From a bacterium (GTDB lineage: Bacteria > Patescibacteriota > JABMPQ01 > JAUVWW01): DNA of 64,000 bases. The translations under genes were made by a program, and so were the position numbers. Under the pieces are notes generated by a model. The model did no database searches and was not told the origin of the DNA. It saw only the letters and a list, made by a program, of their open reading frames with translations. Shown piece after piece: positions 57,425-64,000 of the stretch (within the stretch, counting starts at the first letter, position 1; the number at the start of each line of letters is the position of its first letter). The stretch covers positions 2,680 to 66,679 of the forward strand of contig JAUVWW010000001.1 in assembly GCA_030603885.1 (NCBI GenBank). The letters are read 5' to 3'.

Positions 57425-58717
57425 ATGATAGAGAGATATAGTCTACCAGCAATGAAAGCTATTTGGAATTTAGAAAATAAATTCCAAAAATGGCTAGATG
57501 TGGAGATAGCAGTATTAGAGGCCGAGTTTGAACTGGATAAGATAGATAAGTCAGTTGCGGAATTAACGAAACAGAATGCAGCCTTCTCGGTAGAACGTAT
57601 TAAAGAAATTGATAAAATGATCGAACATGATGTTATGGCTTTTATCAGAAACGTGGTTGAGAACTTGCCTGATGTAGTAAAACAGTATTTCCACGCTGGT
57701 CTTACTTCATATGATATAGTGGATACTGCTTTAAGCTTGATGATGCAATGTTCTGTTAAGTTGATTCGTACCAAGCTTGTAGAAATACTGGATGATATTG
57801 ATAAACTAGCTAAGGATAATAAAGATAAACCTCAAATAGGAAGGACTCACGGAGTGCATGCTGAGCCTACAAGCTGCGGACTTAAATTCTTAAATTGGTA
57901 TGATGAGATGGAAAGGAACAAAGGGAGGCTAGATCGTATTGAGACGCTCTTAGCAGGCAAGATTTCTGGAGCAGTAGGTAATTATGCTAACATTGACCCA
58001 CGTATTGAGCCCATTGCCTGCAAAAAACTAGGCATAAAGCCAGCCAGGATTTCAACCCAGATTATAAGTCGTGACATCCATGCTGAGTATATATCTCAGT
58101 TAGCTATAATTGCTGGATCCTTGGCAAAGTTTACTACTGAGATCAGAAATCTCCAGAGAACTGAGATTCGTGAGATGCAAGAACCGTTTAAGAAAAAACA
58201 GAAAGGATCTTCAGCTATGCCGCACAAGAAGAACCCAGTTATCTGCGAAAGGATCACTGGTATAGCCAGAATGATTCGGGGAATGGTAGTTCCTGCACTT
58301 GAGAATCAAGACACCTGGCATGAGCGAGATTTGGCTAATTCTGCTCCAGAGCGAGGTATATTGGCCGAAGCCCCTACTTATCTATATTATATATTAGATA
58401 GATTTCAGTATGTTCTTAGAGGTTTGAAAATCTATCCAGAGAGAATGATGGAGAATATCTGGCAGACAAAAGGAGTCATCTTTTCTCAGAAGGTTATGTT
58501 GGCTTTAGCTGATAAAGGTATGGCACGAGAACAGGCTCACAATTTGGTCCAGGAGTTAGCCTTGAGATCGTGGGGAGAAGATCTGGATTTTAAGGAGCTG
58601 TTATTAGAAGATGAACGTATAACAAATCTTCTTAATAAAAAGGAAATTGAGGCTTGTTTTGATCTCAAGCCATATCTTAAGAACGTAGATTTAATCTTTA
58701 AACGTTTTGGAATGTAA
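57425..58717 (+). CDS. purB: Adenylosuccinate lyase
   Basis: Start placed at ATG 57425 (MIERYSLPAM..., canonical PurB N-terminus) preceded by SD ggaggtg, rather than the listed upstream ATG 57404. Fumarase/ASL signature GSSAMPHKKNP. Confidence 0.9.
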   Translation: MIERYSLPAMKAIWNLENKFQKWLDVEIAVLEAEFELDKIDKSVAELTKQNAAFSVERIKEIDKMIEHDVMAFIRNVVENLPDVVKQYFHAGLTSYDIVDTALSLMMQCSVKLIRTKLVEILDDIDKLAKDNKDKPQIGRTHGVHAEPTSCGLKFLNWYDEMERNKGRLDRIETLLAGKISGAVGNYANIDPRIEPIACKKLGIKPARISTQIISRDIHAEYISQLAIIAGSLAKFTTEIRNLQRTEIREMQEPFKKKQKGSSAMPHKKNPVICERITGIARMIRGMVVPALENQDTWHERDLANSAPERGILAEAPTYLYYILDRFQYVLRGLKIYPERMMENIWQTKGVIFSQKVMLALADKGMAREQAHNLVQELALRSWGEDLDFKELLLEDERITNLLNKKEIEACFDLKPYLKNVDLIFKRFGM

Positions 58718-58729
58718 AGGAGGTGTAAG

Positions 58730-59668
58730 ATGTTTGATGCAAAGGATTTTATTGAGAAGAAAGTAGAGGAGATACAGCGTAGGATAGGAAAGGAAGAAGC
58801 TGTTGTAGCTTTTTCTGGAGGAGTGGATTCGGCTGTTTGTACTGTGCTGGCTTTAAAGGCTTTAAAGAAAGGACAATTAAGAGTTTTTACCTTAGATGAT
58901 GGTCTGAGAAGAGAAGGAGAACCAGAATGGGTAGTTAGAGTTTTTGATGAAATTATCCCAGTGGAAATTATCTCTGTTCAAGACGATTGTTTTCGGGCTT
59001 TGAGAGGTAAAATCACTGGAGATGAAAAGAGGACTGTCTATTCTAACTGGTTTGGTCATATTTGTGGCAAAACAGCTTATGACTTTGGGGCCAAATATTC
59101 CTTTTTTGGAAGTAATGCTTTGGATAGTAAAGAAACTAAAAGAGGAACCCAGAAACAACACAATGCTTGGGCAGACATGGGAGTTGATACTGAAAAGCAA
59201 TTTGGTTTTCAAGTGGTTGAACCGGTAAAGGAACTATTTAAGGATGAGATTCGGGAAGTAGCCCGAGCTTTAGGCATACCTTCTGAGATATCTGAACGGA
59301 TGCCTTTTCCTGGGCCAGGATTGGCTATTCGGGTTAAAGGTGAAGTCACTCCGGAAAAAGTGGTTCTAATAAGAACAACCACTACCATTATTGAAAATGC
59401 TTTGTTGTCCTTTAGGCCATTTCAATGTTTGGGATGTCTTTTTCAGGACCAGGCTACTGGAATTCGGAATGATATTGGGGTCTTTGGCCACATTATTTCT
59501 ATAAGATGTGTGGATTCCAAAGATAGTGGCAAAACAGCTACCCCTACTAGAATCCCAAATGAACTTCAAGACAATATTGCTAAAAGAATACTTGCCGAGA
59601 TTCCTGAAGTTGTAAGGGTTGTTTTTGACCGGACACCCAAACCTCCAGGTCGAATCGAATACGAATGA
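58730..59668 (+). CDS. guaA: GMP synthase ATP-pyrophosphatase subunit (subunit B of a split, archaeal-type GuaA)
   Basis: PP-loop SGGVDSAV. QKQHNAW..., EPVKELFKDEIREVARALGIPSEISERMPFPGPGLAIRVKGEVT. C-terminal dimerisation tail KPPGRIEYE (compare KPPATIEWE). No GATase domain present. Confidence 0.8.
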   Translation: MFDAKDFIEKKVEEIQRRIGKEEAVVAFSGGVDSAVCTVLALKALKKGQLRVFTLDDGLRREGEPEWVVRVFDEIIPVEIISVQDDCFRALRGKITGDEKRTVYSNWFGHICGKTAYDFGAKYSFFGSNALDSKETKRGTQKQHNAWADMGVDTEKQFGFQVVEPVKELFKDEIREVARALGIPSEISERMPFPGPGLAIRVKGEVTPEKVVLIRTTTTIIENALLSFRPFQCLGCLFQDQATGIRNDIGVFGHIISIRCVDSKDSGKTATPTRIPNELQDNIAKRILAEIPEVVRVVFDRTPKPPGRIEYE

Positions 59669-59682
59669 GTATGATTAAAGAG

Positions 59683-59720
59683 CCGCCCAAAGGATTTTCC
59701 CTCTTTGGGCGGTATTTTTT
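59683..59720 (+). terminator. Rho-independent terminator
   Basis: ccgcccaaag-(10 nt)-ctttgggcgg + tatttttt. Confidence 0.6.
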
Positions 59721-59729
59721 CACAGAAAT

Positions 59730-59773
59730 ACTGAAAATCACTAAAGCGCTGAATCTAAGGATAAATTTTCAGT
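59730..59773. promoter_or_regulatory. Perfect 9-bp inverted repeat ACTGAAAAT-N26-ATTTTCAGT upstream of a TTGACT promoter; candidate operator
   Basis: Arms at 59730-59738 and 59765-59773 read directly. The -35-like ttgact is at 59792-59797. Confidence 0.35.
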
Positions 59774-59879
59774 GCCTCAGTATCATTAAATTTGACTTAG
59801 ATATTTTTATTGTGCTATCTTTTAACATCTAGCATAAAGCTAAAGTAAGGCACATTTTAACTTAAAAGGGAGGTACAAG

Positions 59880-60029
59880 ATGTTTAAAAAGAAAACTGTT
59901 ATTTGTCCCCATTGTAGATGGATTGGAGCAATAGAAATAGGAGACGGAAAATGGAGAACTTGTCCTCTTTGTGAGGGTACAGGAGAAATTGAAAGAGAGG
60001 AGCTTGAAAAAAGGAGGTTAGAATGGTAA
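59880..60029 (+). CDS. Small zinc-ribbon protein (49 aa, CxxC-x17-CxxC), not in the supplied ORF track
   Basis: MFKKKTVICPHCRWIGAIEIGDGKWRTCPLCEGTGEIEREELEKRRLEW. Strong SD aaagggaggt 8 nt upstream. Its 3' end overlaps the purC start by 7 nt. Confidence 0.4.
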   Translation: MFKKKTVICPHCRWIGAIEIGDGKWRTCPLCEGTGEIEREELEKRRLEW

Positions 60030-60919
60030 AACCCTTAATGGAAACCAATTTCCCTGATTTAAAGCTTTTTAAGAAAGGAAAGGTAAGGGATACGTATGAT
60101 TTGGGAAATGGACTATTACTTATGGTAGCTACAGATAGAATTTCTACCTATGATTGTGTCCACCCTACGGGAATTCCAGATAAAGGGAAGATCTTAACGC
60201 AACTATCTACTTTTTGGTTTAATTTTCTCAAGGATATCTGTTCAAATCACCTGATGACCTGGAATATTGATCGGTTTCCAGATTCTTCTCGGAAATATAG
60301 AGACATTCTTAGAGGAAGGAGTATGTTAATACAAAAGACGGAGGTTATTCCCATTGAATGTGTGGTCAGAGGCTATCTCTATGGATCCGGATGGAGAGAA
60401 TATCAAGAAAAAGGAACAGTTTGTGGCATCCAGTTACCTAAAGGACTAAAACAGGCAGACAAGCTCCCTGAACCAATTTTTACTCCAGCTACTAAAGCCA
60501 AAGCTGGTCATGATGAGAATATTACTGTTGAGGAAGCAAAAAGAATGGTAGGAAAAGAATCGATTGAACTACTTGAAAGTGCGAGTTTAACTTTTTATCG
60601 GAGAGCAGCTGATTATACCCTAAATAAAGGGATAATCATTGCAGATACTAAATTTGAATTTGGATGGTACGATGGAACTCTAATGGTTGTCGATGAACTT
60701 CTTACTCCTGATTCCTCAAGATTCTGGCCAGCTGATCAGTACAAGCCTGGTGGAAAACAGCCAAACTTTGATAAACAATTCGTTAGGGACTATGTATCGA
60801 GTATTGGCTGGAATAAAAAGCCCCCAGCTCCGGAATTGCCAGAAGGTATTGTTAAAGAAACGAGGAGAAAATACATCGAGGTCTTTGAACTATTGACTGG
60901 AAAATCCCCAGAATTATAA
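60023..60919 (+). CDS. purC: Phosphoribosylaminoimidazole-succinocarboxamide synthase (long, about 300-aa form)
   Basis: SAICAR synthetase motifs (GKVRDTYD, IADTKFEFG). SD aaaggagg upstream. Confidence 0.9.
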   Translation: MVKPLMETNFPDLKLFKKGKVRDTYDLGNGLLLMVATDRISTYDCVHPTGIPDKGKILTQLSTFWFNFLKDICSNHLMTWNIDRFPDSSRKYRDILRGRSMLIQKTEVIPIECVVRGYLYGSGWREYQEKGTVCGIQLPKGLKQADKLPEPIFTPATKAKAGHDENITVEEAKRMVGKESIELLESASLTFYRRAADYTLNKGIIIADTKFEFGWYDGTLMVVDELLTPDSSRFWPADQYKPGGKQPNFDKQFVRDYVSSIGWNKKPPAPELPEGIVKETRRKYIEVFELLTGKSPEL

Positions 60920-60940
60920 GGTGTTGGCCTAAGATTTGCT

Positions 60941-60981
60941 CCCGCCTGTTAGATATTTATCTTTCAGGCGGGTTTTTATTT
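60941..60981 (+). terminator. Rho-independent terminator after purC
   Basis: cccgcctg-(16 nt)-caggcggg + tttttattt. Confidence 0.6.
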
Positions 60982-61116
60982 GGGTTGACAATAAAGATAG
61001 CTTCTGCTAAGCTTATATGATTAAGTTTTTGTTAAGATGTAACTTAAAATTTAGCAAAGGAGGTGAAAGACGAAAGAACAGAAGACCTTAGAGATTTTTA
61101 GAAAGAAGGAGGTAAG

Positions 61117-62259
61117 ATGAAGTACTTTTTGGTAGTTTTGCTGGTGGTGTTGGTGTCTTCTTGTGTCTGGGCAAGCAATTTTAGCCTTTCAAATTCAATT
61201 CGGATTCCCACGGGCTATACTGATGGAAGATTTGAGACTGAGGCCACTTGGCCTTGGAAATCCAGATTTGGCTTGTACCCAAATATTTTTGATCGAATAG
61301 AGGCGGGTCTGGATATTAGGCAAGATCACAATGGGGTTTCTTCAAGAGGAGAGTTAAAGTATAAGATTATTGATGCTTATGGTGCTCACTGTTGCTTAGG
61401 TGTGAAAGATATTAGTCCTGAAGATTCCAAGTGGACTAATGTTGTTTATGTCACAGCTACTCGTAGAATCTGGAGTGGCACACCTCTCTGGATTACCTTA
61501 GGAGCTGGAAGCGGAGGATTCTTTCGCCGGGGTGGAGAAGATTACTCAGGAATTTTTATTGGAGCAAGATCTTTATGGTTTTGGTCGCAAGACTACGATT
61601 TTAGCTTCCTTGTTGAGTACGATGGCCTGGATTTAAATGCGGGACTGGAGTATGCAAGAGCAAATTGGTGGGCCCAGATTTATGCTACAGATGTTGAATT
61701 TAGAGGAAATGTTACCTTTGGAGTGAAAGGTGCTTGGCGTCCGAATTTTCTTAACTATCAGTCAGGAGAATCTGGTGGTAAATTGGCACTTTTGGATTTG
61801 ACTGGAGCGATTCTAGTTTTTGGAATTCCTACTCTTGTCAATGAAGGCAATCTTAAAGATTGTTTTGTGAATATATGGAATAATGGAGATGAATGGTTTC
61901 ATGAATCCAATAGAACAAGACATCTATTTGCTGGATCTGGAATATTCTTAGCCTCCTCAGCTCTATATGCTCAAATTCCTCTATTTTATTCTGGGTGTAC
62001 TACAGAGCAAGCTAAAATCAATGTAGTAAAGAGATGGGGAGTAGGTACAGCAGTGCTGGCAAGCGTAGGAAAAGAGATATACGATTGGAGGAAATACCAG
62101 ACTCAACCCGATGCTCTTGATATCTTTATGACCGGAGCTGGAGCTTGGCTTACTGCTAACTGGTCCGCTGATGAATGGATTGAGACTTTCCTGGGTGGGA
62201 CAGGAAAACTCTTGAAGATCTTATTTGCCAAACAAGAAGACAAGAAAGAAGTAGATTAA
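61117..62259 (+). CDS. Secreted/lipoprotein candidate, Trp/Gly-rich, hypothetical
   Basis: Signal peptide with lipobox-like VSSC. No family recognised. Two SD-like sites upstream. Confidence 0.45.
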   Translation: MKYFLVVLLVVLVSSCVWASNFSLSNSIRIPTGYTDGRFETEATWPWKSRFGLYPNIFDRIEAGLDIRQDHNGVSSRGELKYKIIDAYGAHCCLGVKDISPEDSKWTNVVYVTATRRIWSGTPLWITLGAGSGGFFRRGGEDYSGIFIGARSLWFWSQDYDFSFLVEYDGLDLNAGLEYARANWWAQIYATDVEFRGNVTFGVKGAWRPNFLNYQSGESGGKLALLDLTGAILVFGIPTLVNEGNLKDCFVNIWNNGDEWFHESNRTRHLFAGSGIFLASSALYAQIPLFYSGCTTEQAKINVVKRWGVGTAVLASVGKEIYDWRKYQTQPDALDIFMTGAGAWLTANWSADEWIETFLGGTGKLLKILFAKQEDKKEVD

Positions 62260-62276
62260 AGTAGATTAAAAAGTAT

Positions 62277-62314
62277 GCGGGAGATCCATCCTTAAGTTCT
62301 CCCGCTTTTGTTTT
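62277..62314 (+). terminator. Rho-independent terminator
   Basis: gcgggaga-(13 nt)-tctcccgc + ttttgtttt. Confidence 0.55.
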
Positions 62315-62450
62315 AGGAATTAATTTGTAGTAAAATAGATCTTTGGGGTCGGACCTTGGTTATTTAGAATATATAGAATTTAGAATTATGAACATTGTCA
62401 AGGCTTTTTTATTTTTGTATAATCAGAATATCTAATAATTCAATATTCCT

Positions 62451-62657
62451 ATGCAAGATATTTATAAGAAAAAATGGAAGCTACAGGAAGAAATTGAAGA
62501 CATAGAATTTGATATTAATCGATTAGAAAAAAAACGAAAGGAGCTGAAAAAACAACTTGAAGATTTGGAAAAAGATAGTCAGCTTTTAGAAGATGAGCTT
62601 GATGAGAAATATAAAGAAAAAGAGAGGCTCAAGAGGGAACTTTCGAGATTAGAATAA
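62451..62657 (+). CDS. Small coiled-coil protein, hypothetical
   Basis: 68 aa, charged heptad-like sequence (KELKKQLEDLEKDSQLLEDELDEKYKEKERLKRELSRLE). Confidence 0.3.
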   Translation: MQDIYKKKWKLQEEIEDIEFDINRLEKKRKELKKQLEDLEKDSQLLEDELDEKYKEKERLKRELSRLE

Positions 62658-62664
62658 TCATTTC

Positions 62665-64000
62665 ATGACTTCAAAAGAAATCCGCCAAAAATTTTTAGAT
62701 TTTTTTAAGAAAAAGGGGCATAAGGTTGTGCCCTCGTCCTCTTTAATTCCCGAAGATCCAACAGTTCTTTTGACTTCTGCGGGGATGCAGCAGTTTTCTA
62801 AATATCTCTTGGGAGAAGAGAAACCTCCATATATGAGAGCTACCTCAGTTCAGAAATGCTTTAGAACTTCAGATATTGATTTAGTAGGAGATCGAGATCA
62901 TTTGACCTTTTTTGAAATGTTAGGCAATTGGTCTTTTGGTGATTATTTCAAAAAAGAAGCTTTTGAGCTGGCTTGGGAGTTTTTGACCAAAGAGATGAGG
63001 ATGGATCCAAAAAGGCTTTGGATTACGGTTTTTAAAGGTGAACAAGCTATTCCTCAAGATGAAGAGGCTATTAAATTATGGCAAGAAATAGGCATTCCTA
63101 GAGAGAAGATCTCTGAATTTGGTATGGAAGATAATTTTTGGGGACCTGTTGGTGAGACTGGTCCTTGTGGTCCAACATCTGAAGTACACTATGACTTAAC
63201 TGGTAAGCCCTGCTCGAAGGGCAAAAATTGTAAGCCTAATTGTGAGTGTGGTCGATTTACTGAAATATGGAATCTGGTTTTGATGCAATATAACAAGAAT
63301 GAAAAAGGGGAGTATGAACCATTGCCAGCTAAAAACATTGATACGGGAATGGGATTAGAGCGAATGGCTTGTGCCTTGCAAGAAAAAGGCAGTGTTTTTG
63401 AGACAGATTTATTTTTGCCTTTGATGCAAAAACTGGCCTCTTTTTGTCCTCCTGGTTTAAAAAATAATATAAGACCTTTACGTATTGTGGCTGATCATCT
63501 TCGAGGGACTGTATTTTTGATTTCAGATGGGGTAGTGCCTGGCAGAGAAGAAAGAAATTATATCTTAAGACGTGTGTTACGTAGGGCTGTAAGATATGGA
63601 AGACTTCTAGGAATTGAAAAACCAGATTTTTTTGAAGAGCTAGCCAAGGTAGTCATAGAAAACCATGGTGATGTTTATCCAGATTTAGAGAAAAATAGAG
63701 ATAAAATTCTAACGGTTATCCATGACGAGGTAGAGAAATTTACCAAGGCTTTAAATAGAGGGCTAAAACTTTTTGAAGAAGTAGCAAAAAAAGTTATAAG
63801 TGAAAAGTTAAAAGTAATACCAGGACAAGACGTATTTCACTTATACGATACCTATGGTTTTCCCCCTGAGGATACAGAGGAGTTAGCTAAAGAAAAGGGT
63901 CTTGAAATAGATAAGAAGGGCTTTAAAGAAGCGTTTAAGAAACATAAAGAGATCTCTCGAGCTGGAGTAGAAAAGAAGTTTGGAGGGGTAGGCAGGTGGG
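62665..64000 (+). CDS. alaS: Alanine--tRNA ligase (3'-partial, runs off window end)
   Basis: MTSKEIRQKFLDFFKKKGHKVVPSSSLIP...DPTVLLTSAGMQQF is the canonical AlaRS N-terminus. The frame is open to nt 64000. Confidence 0.9.
   Translation, partial: MTSKEIRQKFLDFFKKKGHKVVPSSSLIPEDPTVLLTSAGMQQFSKYLLGEEKPPYMRATSVQKCFRTSDIDLVGDRDHLTFFEMLGNWSFGDYFKKEAFELAWEFLTKEMRMDPKRLWITVFKGEQAIPQDEEAIKLWQEIGIPREKISEFGMEDNFWGPVGETGPCGPTSEVHYDLTGKPCSKGKNCKPNCECGRFTEIWNLVLMQYNKNEKGEYEPLPAKNIDTGMGLERMACALQEKGSVFETDLFLPLMQKLASFCPPGLKNNIRPLRIVADHLRGTVFLISDGVVPGREERNYILRRVLRRAVRYGRLLGIEKPDFFEELAKVVIENHGDVYPDLEKNRDKILTVIHDEVEKFTKALNRGLKLFEEVAKKVISEKLKVIPGQDVFHLYDTYGFPPEDTEELAKEKGLEIDKKGFKEAFKKHKEISRAGVEKKFGGVGRW

Noticed and set aside
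62251-62270. 10-bp tandem duplication gtagattaaa-gtagattaaa spanning the stop codon of the 61117-62259 gene.
   Set aside because: A trivial two-copy duplication of the last codons plus stop, with no further copies. Probably a small slippage scar without functional meaning.
1-64000. Searched for CRISPR arrays, rRNA genes, IS elements/transposases, integrases and prophage blocks.
   Set aside because: Found no regularly spaced direct repeats with spacers, no rRNA-like conserved stretches, no transposase or integrase-like ORFs, and no terminal inverted repeats. The tRNA-Lys flank contains only a small hypothetical ORF, not an integrated element.

Overview
The window is AT-rich (roughly 35-40% GC by eye) and gene-dense. 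Every protein-coding gene I can support is on the + strand. The only minus-strand feature is a tRNA-Lys(UUU). The gene content is that of a small-genome, probably monoderm bacterium. The gene repertoire is compatible with a Patescibacteria/CPR-like or Firmicutes-like lineage, but that is inference only.

Gene order, 5' to 3':
- Type IV pilus assembly cluster: pilC (5'-truncated by the window edge), a canonical pilin, a 640-aa pilin-like protein carrying a seven-blade LVIVD beta-propeller, two further pseudopilins, a pilM-pilN fusion and pilO.
- A secreted Gly/Thr-rich protein.
- A heat-shock operon hrcA-grpE-dnaK-(membrane ORF)-dnaJ with a perfect CIRCE operator.
- tRNA-Lys, aspS and scpAB.
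- A complete pyrimidine operon pyrD-pyrK-pyrC-pyrE-pyrF-(ornithine carbamoyltransferase)-pyrB-pyrI.
- A long peptidoglycan/division cluster: dacA-like, mraY, hydrolases, murI, a Ca2+/cation antiporter, D-aminoacylase-like, yfiH/pgeF, murD, ftsW, murG, murC, murB, then hpf.
- secA, a secreted FG-GAP propeller / L,D-transpeptidase fusion, and secDF.
- A sigma-70 region-4 / HARE-HTH regulator.
- A two-gene module: a membrane-anchored unknown protein plus a TraD/VirD4/HerA-like P-loop ATPase.
- Purine genes: guaB, purA, purH, purB, the GMP-synthase ATP-pyrophosphatase subunit, a small zinc-ribbon ORF and purC.
- A putative lipoprotein, a coiled-coil ORF and the 5' part of alaS.

Regulatory signals visible in the sequence: repeated TTGACA-N16/17-TAnnnT promoters, Rho-independent terminators and strong GGAGG Shine-Dalgarno sites.

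Most noteworthy:
- The membrane-protein + coupling-protein-like ATPase module next to the unusual HTH regulator.
- The beta-propeller pilin.
- (AGTTACA)n heptanucleotide repeats at two surface/transport-related loci, one inside a pilin start region.
- An in-frame TAG inside an MBL-hydrolase gene.
- A ~100-bp GC-rich non-coding island upstream of secD.
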